Part shown: positions 1-10,020 of the stretch, one piece after another
Layout of the letters: each line of letters begins with the position of its first letter
Numbering within the stretch: position 1 is the first letter of the stretch
Source of the DNA: Flavobacteriales bacterium
Lineage (GTDB): Bacteria; Bacteroidota; Bacteroidia; NS11-12g; UBA955
NCBI GenBank assembly: GCA_947487175.1
Contig: CANKVM010000001.1
Location: forward strand, 998-64,997
Length of the DNA stretch: 64,000 bases
Direction: 5' to 3'
The notes under the pieces: model-generated
The model's database searches: none
Told to the model about the DNA's origin: nothing
Seen by the model: only the letters and a program-made list of their open reading frames with translations
Translations under genes and position numbers: made by a program

Positions 1-1946
1 ATAATTACCGTTATTATGTGCTAGCTGAACCTATAATTTCTGATTTTGAATTTGATCAAATTATCAAAGAATTAGAGCACCTAGAATTGCAATTTCCGCA
101 ATTTGCAGACCCAAATAGTCCTACAAAAAAAGTTGGTGGTAGTGTTTCTGAGGGATTTATTACCGTGAAACACCAACGACCAATGCTTTCGCTTGCAAAC
201 AGTTATAACGAGGAAGAACTCCGCGAATTTGACGACCGCATTTGCAAAGCAACTGGACTATCTGCAATTGAATACGTGTGCGAACTAAAAATTGACGGAT
301 TGGCAATTTCTGTTTTCTACGAAAACGGCAAGCTTGTTCAAGCCATAACACGTGGCGATGGCATTCAAGGCGACGATGTTACCGAAAATGTCAAAACCAT
401 TCGAAGCTTAACCCATACCCTTTCTGGCAATTACCCCGAAAAATTTGAAATGCGTGGCGAAATTTTCATGCATAGAAAAGGCTTCGACAGATTGAATGAG
501 CAAAGAAAAGCCGCCGGCGAAGCAGAATACGCAAACCCTAGAAACGTAGCTTCTGGGTCCCTCAAAACAAAAGACACCGCTGAAGTGGCAAAACGCCCTT
601 TGGATATTTATTTGTACTACCTTTTGGAAGATGAAGGCAGATTTCAAAACCACGCAGAATCTCTAGATGCAGCTAAAAGCTGGGGATTGAAAATTGCAGA
701 AACATCGAAAGTGTGCAACGGCATTGACCAAGTGCTCGCTTTTTTACACGAATGGGATGAAAAACGACATGATTTGTCGTTTGATACCGATGGTGTTGTA
801 ATCAAAGTCAACAACAAAAACTTACAAGAAGAACTCGGCTTTACCGCAAAAACACCGCGATGGGCCATAGCATATAAATTTCAAACCGAAACTGCCACCA
901 CCAAACTGCTAGGCATTACCTATCAAGTTGGCAGAACAGGGGCAATTACACCTGTTGCCGAATTACAACCCGTAGCACTTTTAGGAACTACGGTAAAACG
1001 AGCCAGTTTGCACAATGCCAATGAAATGCAAAGATTGGATGTGCGTATTGGCGACATGGTTTTCGTAGAAAAAGGTGGGGAAATTATTCCTAAAATTGTG
1101 GGCATCGACTTTTCACAAAGAGCCCTTGATTTGCAACCTGAAACCTACATAACCCATTGCCCTGAATGCCAAACCGAATTGGTAAGGGCTGAAGGAGAGG
1201 CACAGCACTACTGTCCCAACGATCAACTTTGTCCGCCACAAGTTGTTGGCAAAATTGAACATTTTGTTGGAAGAAAAGCCATGGACATTCAAAGTATTGG
1301 ATCTGAAATGGCAGAAACTTTGTACCGAAACAATTTGGTAAAAACAGCTGCCGATTTGTATGACCTAACTTTTGAGCAATTGATTCAACTCGACCGAATG
1401 GGCGAAAAAAGCGCCAATAACATTATCGATGGAATTCAAGCAAGCAAGCAACAACCCTTTGAAAGGGTATTGTTTGCCATGGGAATTCGATATATCGGCG
1501 AAACGGTAGCCAAAAAATTGGTAGCGGCATTTTTAACCATTGAGGCGTTAATGGCGGCAAGTGTTGAAGACATGTTGGCCGTTGACGAAATTGGCGACCG
1601 CATTGCACAAACCTTATTCCAAACATTACAAAATCCGCGAATTGTGCAAGAAATTGAGCGATTCAAATCTGCAGGATTGCGTTTTGAAACCCAAAAGATT
1701 GAAAAAGCCAGTGAAAAATTGGCGGGTAAAATATTTGTAATTTCTGGTATTTTTGAAAATTACAGCCGAGATGAATTGAAAGATTTGGTGGAAAATAATG
1801 GAGGAAAAATGGCCTCGGGCATCACCTCTAAAACCAATTTCTTGATAGCGGGCAACGGCGTAGGTCCCTCAAAATTAGAAAAAGCACAACAATTAGGCGT
1901 AACTTTTCTGTCGGAAGATGCGTTAATTAACATGATTCAAGAATGA
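1..1946 (+). CDS. ligA: NAD-dependent DNA ligase LigA, 5' end truncated by window edge (reading frame is open back to position 3)
   Basis: Adenylation motif KIDG in CELKIDGLAISV; OB fold, Zn finger (CPECQ...C), HhH and BRCT-like C-terminus; upstream in-frame residues NYRYYVLAEPIISDFEFD match the conserved LigA N-terminal region, so the true start lies before the window. Confidence 0.9.
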   Translation, partial: NYRYYVLAEPIISDFEFDQIIKELEHLELQFPQFADPNSPTKKVGGSVSEGFITVKHQRPMLSLANSYNEEELREFDDRICKATGLSAIEYVCELKIDGLAISVFYENGKLVQAITRGDGIQGDDVTENVKTIRSLTHTLSGNYPEKFEMRGEIFMHRKGFDRLNEQRKAAGEAEYANPRNVASGSLKTKDTAEVAKRPLDIYLYYLLEDEGRFQNHAESLDAAKSWGLKIAETSKVCNGIDQVLAFLHEWDEKRHDLSFDTDGVVIKVNNKNLQEELGFTAKTPRWAIAYKFQTETATTKLLGITYQVGRTGAITPVAELQPVALLGTTVKRASLHNANEMQRLDVRIGDMVFVEKGGEIIPKIVGIDFSQRALDLQPETYITHCPECQTELVRAEGEAQHYCPNDQLCPPQVVGKIEHFVGRKAMDIQSIGSEMAETLYRNNLVKTAADLYDLTFEQLIQLDRMGEKSANNIIDGIQASKQQPFERVLFAMGIRYIGETVAKKLVAAFLTIEALMAASVEDMLAVDEIGDRIAQTLFQTLQNPRIVQEIERFKSAGLRFETQKIEKASEKLAGKIFVISGIFENYSRDELKDLVENNGGKMASGITSKTNFLIAGNGVGPSKLEKAQQLGVTFLSEDALINMIQE

Positions 1947-2491
1947 GCGAAAATTTTAAACCAAGTAAACTTGTGATGGCCTACCTCAGCATGAAGGCAA
2001 AAGGCATCAAACGTGTAAAAGGAAATATAAATTTCCGCTTTGCGAAGAACTTCCTGTTGGTATATCACTTAAATGAAAATGATAGCAATCAATTGTTTGA
2101 AATTCAAAACCTTACTGAATACCTAGAGCAAAATGGCAAAACCGTCACTAGCGTGGTGATTTATCCCGGTAAAGACACCAAAAATATTCCTGTTCCGGCA
2201 GATAGAAACCGATGGAATTTCTGCTTGTCCGATTTTAACCGTTTTGGTTACCCAAAAGCAGACGGTTTACTAAGGGTGTTGAAACAACAAACAGATTTCT
2301 TCATTAATTTAGACATAGATTTTTCATACAAAAGCATTGCCATGGCCAATTTATCGAGTGCTTATGCCAAGGTTTCTAATTTTCAAGACAATTATCCTAC
2401 TTTTTTTGACATCTTGCTAAAACAACCAGAAACACCCAATTTGAATCAGTACCTTTGCGATTTAAAAGATTGCTTTAAACATATCCAATGA
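1943..2491 (+). CDS. hypothetical protein (182 aa) overlapping ligA stop and dapA start by 4 nt each
   Basis: ATG start, translationally coupled at both ends (ATGA overlaps); no recognisable motifs. Confidence 0.55.
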   Translation: MSENFKPSKLVMAYLSMKAKGIKRVKGNINFRFAKNFLLVYHLNENDSNQLFEIQNLTEYLEQNGKTVTSVVIYPGKDTKNIPVPADRNRWNFCLSDFNRFGYPKADGLLRVLKQQTDFFINLDIDFSYKSIAMANLSSAYAKVSNFQDNYPTFFDILLKQPETPNLNQYLCDLKDCFKHIQ

Positions 2492-3360
2492 AAGAACTTA
2501 TAGGCACCGGAGTTGCATTAATTACTCCATTCAAAGACGATTACAGCATTGATTTTGATGCACTTACAAGCATTGTTGATCAACAAATTACAGGAGGCAC
2601 CAACTATTTGGTGGTTCTTGGAACTACCGGAGAAAGTGCAGTATTGTCTTCAGATGAAAAAACTGCGGTAATTGATTGTATCAAAGCTGCAAATAACGGC
2701 CGATTGCCATTGGTTTTGGGTATTGGTGGAAACAACACTGCAGAGGTTTGTCACCTTATGAAAACCACCGACGTTGCTGGATTTTGTGCCATTTTATCAG
2801 TGAGTCCTTATTACAACAAACCAAATCAAGAAGGCATTTACCAACATTACAAATCGCTATGCGAAGTAACTCCTTTGCCAATTATAATTTACAACGTTCC
2901 TGGTAGAACAGGAATGAATATGACTGCCGAAACCCAATTGCGTTTGGCTGAGTTGCCACAAATTGTTGCAACCAAAGAAGCTTCTGGAAACATTGAACAA
3001 GTGATGCAAATAATTGCTAAAAAACCAGCTGATTTCTTGGTAATTAGCGGAGATGATTCGCTAACATTGCCAATGATGGCATGCGGCGCTTCGGGTGTTA
3101 TATCTGTGATCAACCACGCATTCCCAGTTCAGTTTTCTGGAATGGTTAGAGCTTGTCTTGAGGGACAATGGGCTGAAGCAAAATCATTGCACTACCAAAC
3201 CATGGAATCAGCCATTGCTATCTTTGCCGATGGAAGTCCTTCAGGTATCAAAACCATGCTTAACGAAAAAGGTTTATGTGGAACAGCTGTTCGTCAGCCG
3301 TTGTGGCCAGTGAATGCAAATGTTGAAGCAAATCTTCGTAGATTGGCAAATTCTTTATAA
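2488..3360 (+). CDS. dapA: 4-hydroxy-tetrahydrodipicolinate synthase
   Basis: 290 aa; N-terminus GVALITPF...; class I aldolase DapA/NAL family pattern; typical length. Confidence 0.85.
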   Translation: MKELIGTGVALITPFKDDYSIDFDALTSIVDQQITGGTNYLVVLGTTGESAVLSSDEKTAVIDCIKAANNGRLPLVLGIGGNNTAEVCHLMKTTDVAGFCAILSVSPYYNKPNQEGIYQHYKSLCEVTPLPIIIYNVPGRTGMNMTAETQLRLAELPQIVATKEASGNIEQVMQIIAKKPADFLVISGDDSLTLPMMACGASGVISVINHAFPVQFSGMVRACLEGQWAEAKSLHYQTMESAIAIFADGSPSGIKTMLNEKGLCGTAVRQPLWPVNANVEANLRRLANSL

Positions 3361-3362
3361 TT

Positions 3363-4388
3363 ATGAATCCTATTCTCAATTCCTCAAACGACAATTTAAG
3401 CAAGGCCGAAAAAGACCTTGAAAAGGTATTGAGACCAGCGAATTTCGACGATTTTACGGGGCAAGAAAAGATATTAGACAACCTAAAGGTCTTTGTTGAA
3501 GCAGCACGTTTAAGAGAAGAAGCCCTCGACCATATTTTACTTCATGGCCCTCCGGGTTTGGGTAAAACAACTTTGAGTCACATTGTTGCCAATGCCATGG
3601 GGAGTTCCATGAAAATTACCAGTGGTCCTGTTTTAGAAAAACCGGGAGATTTGGCAGGTTTACTCACCAATTTGCAAAAAGGCGACGTCCTTTTTATTGA
3701 TGAAATCCACCGTTTGAGTCCTGTAATTGAAGAATACCTTTACTCTGCAATGGAGGATTATCGCATTGACATCATGATTGATACTGGCCCCAATGCCAGA
3801 AGTGTTCAAATTTCTTTACAACCGTTTACTTTGGTTGGAGCAACCACAAGAAGTGGTTTGTTAACGGCTCCTTTGAGGGCACGTTTTGGTATCAATTGCC
3901 GCTTAGAATACTACACCGCCGAAGTTTTAACAACCATTGTTCGAAGAAGTTCGAGTATATTAAATACCCCAATCGAAGACAGTGCATCGTTTGAAATAGC
4001 AAGAAGAAGTCGTGGAACACCGCGTATTGCCAATGCTTTGTTGCGCAGAACCCGAGATTTTGCTCAAATCAAAGGAAATGGAACCATTACATTAGATATT
4101 GCTCAGTTTGCCTTACAGGCCTTGAATGTAGATGCCAATGGTTTGGATGAAATGGACAATAAAATACTTTCTACCATTATTGACAAGTTCAAAGGTGGGC
4201 CAGTTGGTTTGGGCACCATTGCAACCGCAGTGGGTGAAGACTCCGGAACCATTGAAGAGGTATATGAGCCTTTCTTAATTCAGGAGGGATATATTCAGCG
4301 CACCGCCAGAGGCCGTGAAGCCACTCATTTGGCCTATCATCATTTGGGTAGAATTTCACACAAACCAGGTGGAAATACTTTGTTTTAA
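3363..4388 (+). CDS. ruvB: Holliday junction branch migration DNA helicase RuvB
   Basis: Walker [16 protein letters not shown]+ sensor motifs, 341 aa typical RuvB length and N-terminal LRP..FDDFIGQ pattern. Confidence 0.9.
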   Translation: MNPILNSSNDNLSKAEKDLEKVLRPANFDDFTGQEKILDNLKVFVEAARLREEALDHILLHGPPGLGKTTLSHIVANAMGSSMKITSGPVLEKPGDLAGLLTNLQKGDVLFIDEIHRLSPVIEEYLYSAMEDYRIDIMIDTGPNARSVQISLQPFTLVGATTRSGLLTAPLRARFGINCRLEYYTAEVLTTIVRRSSSILNTPIEDSASFEIARRSRGTPRIANALLRRTRDFAQIKGNGTITLDIAQFALQALNVDANGLDEMDNKILSTIIDKFKGGPVGLGTIATAVGEDSGTIEEVYEPFLIQEGYIQRTARGREATHLAYHHLGRISHKPGGNTLF

Positions 4389-4406
4389 AAATATCCCTAC
4401 AGAGCT

Positions 4407-5312
4407 ATGGAGGGACATTCACTTAAAAAATATATTCAACAAAAAGCCGAGGAACTCGGCTTTTTGGCTATAGGATTTGCCAAGGCTGAAAAGCTAAATG
4501 AAGAAGAATTCCGATTGAAAGATTGGTTATCAAAGGGCTACCATGCTGAAATGCAGTATATGGAAAACCACTTTGAAAAGCGATTGAATCCAACACTGTT
4601 GGTTGAAAGCTCAAAAACGGTAATCAGTTTGGCTTACAACTACTTCCCTCAAAAAAATCAGAATGAAAGTGCCCCACAAGTTGCAAAATATGCCTACGGG
4701 GAAGATTACCACAAAGTGGTAAAAGATCAAGCCTTTGTTTTGTTTGAATTCATAAAATCACTTGTTCCTAATTTAGATGGACGTGTTTTTGTTGATTCGG
4801 CTCCGGTTATGGAACGCCAATGGGCTGAGAAATCAGGACTTGGATGGATTGGCAAACACAGTTTGCTGATTCGAAAAGGAATTGGAAGCTTTTTCTTTTT
4901 GGCAGAAATTATTTGTTCATTAGAAGTTGAACCAGACTCTCCCACTACGGACCATTGCGGCAGTTGCACAGCCTGTATCGACGCTTGCCCTACCAATGCC
5001 ATCATCGATAATAAAATCATCGATTCTAATGCTTGTATTTCATATTTAACCATTGAAAAGCGGACCGAATTATCTGTTGATGAAAAAGCCAATTTAAACA
5101 ACTGGGCGTTTGGTTGCGACATTTGCCAGGATGTTTGTCCTTGGAATCGCTTTGCAAGTCCAACCACCGAACCCCGTTTCAATTCCGGCGAATGGACCAA
5201 TTGGAATAGAGAAGAGTGGAAGCAACTCACCCCAGAAAATTTCAAAGACACTTTTGGAAAAAGCCCATTAACACGGGCAGGTTTTGAGAAGATAAAAAAC
5301 CAAAATATTTAA
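4407..5312 (+). CDS. queG: epoxyqueuosine reductase QueG (4Fe-4S, cobalamin-dependent)
   Basis: C-x2-C-x2-C-x3-CP ferredoxin motif (CGSCTACIDACP) and second cluster CDICQDVCPWN; tRNA-associated QueG family architecture. Confidence 0.8.
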   Translation: MEGHSLKKYIQQKAEELGFLAIGFAKAEKLNEEEFRLKDWLSKGYHAEMQYMENHFEKRLNPTLLVESSKTVISLAYNYFPQKNQNESAPQVAKYAYGEDYHKVVKDQAFVLFEFIKSLVPNLDGRVFVDSAPVMERQWAEKSGLGWIGKHSLLIRKGIGSFFFLAEIICSLEVEPDSPTTDHCGSCTACIDACPTNAIIDNKIIDSNACISYLTIEKRTELSVDEKANLNNWAFGCDICQDVCPWNRFASPTTEPRFNSGEWTNWNREEWKQLTPENFKDTFGKSPLTRAGFEKIKNQNI

Positions 5313-5342
5313 TACTTATAAATTTAAAGTTACAATTTAACA

Positions 5343-8300
5343 TTACAAATCAAGCGGGAAATTAATTTCAAACACAGTTCCTACATTTAACTCTGAGGAA
5401 AAGTGAATATTGCCGCCGAATTGTTCAATAATTTTCTTGGTAATTGCCAATCCTAGTCCCATACCGCTATTTTTTGTACTGAAGTTTGGACTAAATATCT
5501 TTTCTGATAGTTCAGGAGGGATTCCTTTTCCGTTGTCGGAAATGAGAATTTTAACCCATTTTTTCTGCACTTCAACATTCACCAAAACTTTACCCACCCT
5601 ATCATCAGGAATGGCCTGTATGGCATTCTTGAATATATTGTTAAATATCCTACCTAATTGATGAGGATCAGCCAAAATAGGAATAGCTTCGGCAGTAATC
5701 TCTAATGAAATTGGTTGACCCATTTCTTTTTCCATCAGCATGATTGCATCCCCCAAAATTAATTTCAAATCAATTTTCTCGAGTATTGGTTCAGGCATTT
5801 TTGCAAACGAGCTAAACTCTTCCGCCATGGTACTCAAAGAGTCTATTTGACGAATTAACAAAGCAATGGTTTTCTTAACTTTTTCTTCAATGTTGTCGTC
5901 ACCGCGGTTGATTGAATATTCCAAATGTTGTAACGACAAACGCATGGGCGTAAGTGGATTTTTAATTTCATGTGCAACTTGTTTTGCCATTTCCTTCCAA
6001 GCTCCTTGACGCTCGCTATCGGCCAATTTGTCCAAACTAGAATCAAGTGCACTGAGCATTGTATTATATTCCTTTACCAACAATCCAATTTCATCATTTC
6101 TTTCCCAGTCAATTGGCAGATTTTTCTCACCAATTTTCATTTGAGAGAGTTGATTTTTGATCAATATCAAAGGTTTTGAAAGTCGTTGCGCCACGTAATA
6201 TGTAAGAATTACGGCCAAAGCAAAAATGAGTACGAATAAATTAATAATGGTAACCGTGTATTGGGATATTTCCCTAAATAGGTCTTCTCTATTTGAAAAA
6301 TAAGGCAAATTCACATATCCCCTCACTTCCAAATCATTATCAATTAAAGTTGTATAGGCTGAGATATAATTCAAGTCAGCAATTTTCTCCGAAACAACAG
6401 ACGAAGAAATCATTTTAGATTTAAATTGTTTGAAAACCTCAGGATTCATTAAATCGCTGGTAAATTTCTCTGTAAACAATCTCGGATTGGTAGAAACTAT
6501 GAGCTTCCCATATTGGTCATAGACATTGATATCTGTTTCATAATAGACAGCCAAATCATACACCAAACCTACTTCATACTTGTTTTGTAGGGCATCTAAG
6601 TTTACCTCCCCACTTATTTTATTGGCAATATTATTTGCTTTATTTAATAAGTAATTCTTTTGTCGATCAATATTATTTTGAATGAAATAATTGATTGTTA
6701 CAAATATCACGATAATAAAAATGGCAAATACCAACCAAGTAATATATAGTTGTAATCGGCGGCTTAAATACCAACTTTCTGTAGAAATTAATGAAGGAGA
6801 CTGTTTGAAATTCACATTTAATTTCTTCATCCACTTAAACTTAGAAAAATAGTTTATTCCTTTCTGTTGAACATAAACAAAGACCAGGTATAATAAAACA
6901 ACCAAGAAACCAACCAAAGAAAGCAAGGTAAATTGAATTGCGGAAATCAACAAAGATTGATCTTTCTTGGTTATAACAACAATGTTATTATATTCATCTT
7001 TTTGAACATAATGGCTATATCCATTTAAGTTAGTAAAACGGGTATTTACACCGAATTGATTTAAAGCGGGATAATCGTGATTGCCTAAATGTCTATTGAG
7101 TTTATTACGGTTATAAATAGCATAGGAATAATCGTATCGTCTAAATAAGTTCTCGGTAGCATTTTTTTGAATTACATCAGACAACCTACCTTGGTTATTT
7201 CCAAATTTTGGAGTTAAAAGAACAAAATAACTTCCTTGTAATTTCCCCTCGAAAACCACATTGAATTTCCCCAAGTAACTGCCTCGTAATCGGCGTTCAT
7301 TAATCAAAAAGAATCGATTGGTTACTTGAATACATAAATCGGAGAAATAAATGGCATTCAATGTACCAAAATCGATGGTGTTTTCAATTCTATATGCCTG
7401 ACCCTTAGCATTGAAATCAAAAATAGAAAGCTGGTAATTGTCATATTTCCTATCAAAAAACAATACCTTTAATCGATTTTCAAAAGATTCTTTTGAAACA
7501 TCATTGCCGGTATAATATTCAACAATACCTTTATCATTCATTAACTGAGATTCCGATACGTATAAATAATTTTTTACTGCTTTGTCCGCCTTTAATAGCA
7601 ATTTAGAGGCTATATATTTTCTTTGTTCCTGCTCTTTATCTCTTAATTTAGTATTTAAAATAATACTCAACGAAATACAAGGAAGTAAAATTTGCAATAG
7701 CAATCTGGTGTAATCAAATCGATGTAAGGAATATTTTCTAAATACAAACCATATAATTCCAAAAAACAACCATAAGTAAAACGGCAATGGGGGCACATTG
7801 AAATACCCAAAGGTGAGTACTGGTGCAAATGCCGAAATAATCATCATTAAACGATGATTCGATTCAACACTAAATAAGATAAAAGCAATTTCGTTGAGCA
7901 GGGTGAAGAAGGTTAGAAAAAGCAACACCAAAACTCCAATACTTATTATTGTATATCTTGTTACAAGCAATATTTCAAAAAAATCAAAATGAATTTCTGT
8001 ATCGCTTACCAGTTTACTAGCTAAAATGAAAATAACTTGAAGAATAATTAAAGCCACGAGAATAATTGGAACATTCAGTAAATACGCAGACTTCAAATCA
8101 GTTGATTTTAATTTTGGTTTAATTTGTGCTAGAATTAGCGAAGCCAGCCAAAATAATAAAACCGCGTAACTCGCAATTACTCCCAAACTTTGAAAAACAG
8201 GGTTGATATAAAATAATTGAGAAGAAAATAATTTCAACTGTTTTAAATTAGTGAAATTAAAATTAGCTACAAATAAACTCACAACCCCAAACCACATGGC

Positions 8301-8990
8301 CCAATTGATCCACTTCAATATGGGTTTGCTTGAATTTCGTTGAACGACAATGATACCAATACTTATCAAACACAATCCGAAAATATACAAATAAGCAAAT
8401 ACCAAACTTGGTGAAAATTGAACCGTTGAAATTGCATATTCTTCACCTTTGAATTCAAAACTTATTTGTTTTTCATCAATAACTTTCGGGGATTTATTTT
8501 GACTGTCAAGTCTTTCTATTTGATAAATAGATGACTGTTTTTCAAACAACGAATCAGGATTAATTTTCAATCCTTGATCTGGAAAAATATTATAAACAAA
8601 AATTCTAATTCCTCCTTTATGGACTAAATTCCATTTGGCCAAATACAAAGACCCTTGTTTTACAATTTCAAAAGAATTTGTATCCTGAGGGATTATTTGA
8701 AACAAATCATTCGTCCAAAAAATTGGTGTATTTTGGTGGAATTCAAAAAAGTCAATTCCATTTAACTTTAAACTACCTGCAACTGAATCTATATTTCCAT
8801 AAGTAAGTTTAAAAGATTCAAGATTAAAAACGGTTTTATCAATTGCGACAATTTTGTTTTCAATTGATTTCTTTATTTGGTTTAATGCAACGCTTTCTTG
8901 TTTATCCAATTTTTGATCCGAAAAAAATTGCGCCAGACCTACAATAATTAAGCCAATAAGCAACAATAATTTTCCCGGTGATTTTAACAT
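5343..8990 (-). CDS. large multi-spanning sensor histidine kinase (1215 aa). It has an N-terminal signal/TM, an extracytoplasmic domain, a cluster of about 7 TM helices, two further large loop domains separated by TM helices, a HAMP-like linker, a HisKA domain with H-box HEIKNPL, and a HATPase_c domain
   Basis: C-terminal H-box, N/G1/G2 boxes (DNGKGIP, GMGLGLAI); many hydrophobic segments in N-terminal 1000 aa; no response regulator gene adjacent. Confidence 0.8.
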   Translation of the reverse strand: MLKSPGKLLLLIGLIIVGLAQFFSDQKLDKQESVALNQIKKSIENKIVAIDKTVFNLESFKLTYGNIDSVAGSLKLNGIDFFEFHQNTPIFWTNDLFQIIPQDTNSFEIVKQGSLYLAKWNLVHKGGIRIFVYNIFPDQGLKINPDSLFEKQSSIYQIERLDSQNKSPKVIDEKQISFEFKGEEYAISTVQFSPSLVFAYLYIFGLCLISIGIIVVQRNSSKPILKWINWAMWFGVVSLFVANFNFTNLKQLKLFSSQLFYINPVFQSLGVIASYAVLLFWLASLILAQIKPKLKSTDLKSAYLLNVPIILVALIILQVIFILASKLVSDTEIHFDFFEILLVTRYTIISIGVLVLLFLTFFTLLNEIAFILFSVESNHRLMMIISAFAPVLTFGYFNVPPLPFYLWLFFGIIWFVFRKYSLHRFDYTRLLLQILLPCISLSIILNTKLRDKEQEQRKYIASKLLLKADKAVKNYLYVSESQLMNDKGIVEYYTGNDVSKESFENRLKVLFFDRKYDNYQLSIFDFNAKGQAYRIENTIDFGTLNAIYFSDLCIQVTNRFFLINERRLRGSYLGKFNVVFEGKLQGSYFVLLTPKFGNNQGRLSDVIQKNATENLFRRYDYSYAIYNRNKLNRHLGNHDYPALNQFGVNTRFTNLNGYSHYVQKDEYNNIVVITKKDQSLLISAIQFTLLSLVGFLVVLLYLVFVYVQQKGINYFSKFKWMKKLNVNFKQSPSLISTESWYLSRRLQLYITWLVFAIFIIVIFVTINYFIQNNIDRQKNYLLNKANNIANKISGEVNLDALQNKYEVGLVYDLAVYYETDINVYDQYGKLIVSTNPRLFTEKFTSDLMNPEVFKQFKSKMISSSVVSEKIADLNYISAYTTLIDNDLEVRGYVNLPYFSNREDLFREISQYTVTIINLFVLIFALAVILTYYVAQRLSKPLILIKNQLSQMKIGEKNLPIDWERNDEIGLLVKEYNTMLSALDSSLDKLADSERQGAWKEMAKQVAHEIKNPLTPMRLSLQHLEYSINRGDDNIEEKVKKTIALLIRQIDSLSTMAEEFSSFAKMPEPILEKIDLKLILGDAIMLMEKEMGQPISLEITAEAIPILADPHQLGRIFNNIFKNAIQAIPDDRVGKVLVNVEVQKKWVKILISDNGKGIPPELSEKIFSPNFSTKNSGMGLGLAITKKIIEQFGGNIHFSSELNVGTVFEINFPLDL

Positions 8991-8991
8991 A

Positions 8992-9957
8992 TTAGATATA
9001 TTTGTGTGGAACTAGGTAGTTTCTAACATAGTCAGCAATTGCATCTTCAAACGGGGTAAATCCCTCTGAATAGCCTGATTCCATTAATCGATTATCATCG
9101 GCTTGCGTGAAATATTGATAGTTATCTCTGATATCTTCAGGCATGTTGATATAGTTCAAATTAGATTCCAAATTGAGCGCTTTAAATACACCATTTGCAA
9201 GTTCTAAAAAAGTATGTGATTTGCCGCTCCCTAAATTATAAAGTCCAGATTTTTTGCGTGTTTCCATGTGATAAATCAAAACGTTCAAAACATCTTTGAT
9301 ATATACAAAATCTCTTCGTTGTTCGCCATCGGCATACTCGGAATTGTAGCTTTTGAATAAATTTACGCTGCCTTTTTCCTTAATCTGGTTAAAGGCATGA
9401 AACACCACACTTGCCATTCGGTCTTTGTGATATTCATTTGGACCAAATACATTAAAAAACTTAAATCCTGCCCAAAATGGAGGCGTATTTTCTTGCTGCA
9501 TCATCCACAAATCAAAAAGCTGTTTGCTTTCACCATATGGATTCATTGGTTTTAGATGTTTGATATTGGTAGGCTTGTCTGAAAATCCATTTTCACCATT
9601 TCCATAGGTAGCTGCAGATGAAGCATAGATTAGCGGTATAGATTCCTCAGAACAGATTTGCCAAAGTTGCTTTGAATAATTCACATTCAATTCATTCAAT
9701 ACGTTCCAATCAAATTCATTGGTTCTTGTTCTAGCACCAATATGAAAAACAAACTGAACTTTGGATGCATTTACGCTTAACCATTCACAAAAAATAGTTC
9801 TATCAATTCTCTCCTTGATTTTTTTCCCTTCAAGGTTTGAAAATTTATATGCGTCATTAAAATTATCTACTGCAACAAGTTCACCATACCCCCTAACCTC
9901 TAGTTCACCCAATAAGGCCGAGCCAATAAATCCCAATGCTCCAGTTACAACAATCAT
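8992..9957 (-). CDS. hldD: ADP-L-glycero-D-manno-heptose 6-epimerase-like NAD-dependent epimerase (HldD/RfaD family). Start placed at the MIVVTG Met; the ORF track's longer start at 9975 is possible
   Basis: N-terminal Rossmann motif MIVVTGALGFIGS; SDR-extended epimerase pattern; stop 1 nt before HK start (co-transcription). Confidence 0.7.
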   Translation of the reverse strand: MIVVTGALGFIGSALLGELEVRGYGELVAVDNFNDAYKFSNLEGKKIKERIDRTIFCEWLSVNASKVQFVFHIGARTRTNEFDWNVLNELNVNYSKQLWQICSEESIPLIYASSAATYGNGENGFSDKPTNIKHLKPMNPYGESKQLFDLWMMQQENTPPFWAGFKFFNVFGPNEYHKDRMASVVFHAFNQIKEKGSVNLFKSYNSEYADGEQRRDFVYIKDVLNVLIYHMETRKKSGLYNLGSGKSHTFLELANGVFKALNLESNLNYINMPEDIRDNYQYFTQADDNRLMESGYSEGFTPFEDAIADYVRNYLVPHKYI

Positions 9958-10020
9958 TAAGCAAAAATAAGACAATCAAACGGAATTCTCGCTCATTTAC
10001 AATTATCCATTACTTTTGCA

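Noticed and set aside
160-1666. Seven short minus-strand ORFs (60-81 aa) inside ligA in the ORF track
   Set aside because: Entirely embedded antisense to a well-supported, conserved coding sequence; AT-rich genomes generate many such chance ORFs; no motifs
4727-5251. 174-aa antisense ORF inside queG
   Set aside because: Embedded antisense to queG Fe-S domain coding region; low-complexity translation; no independent support
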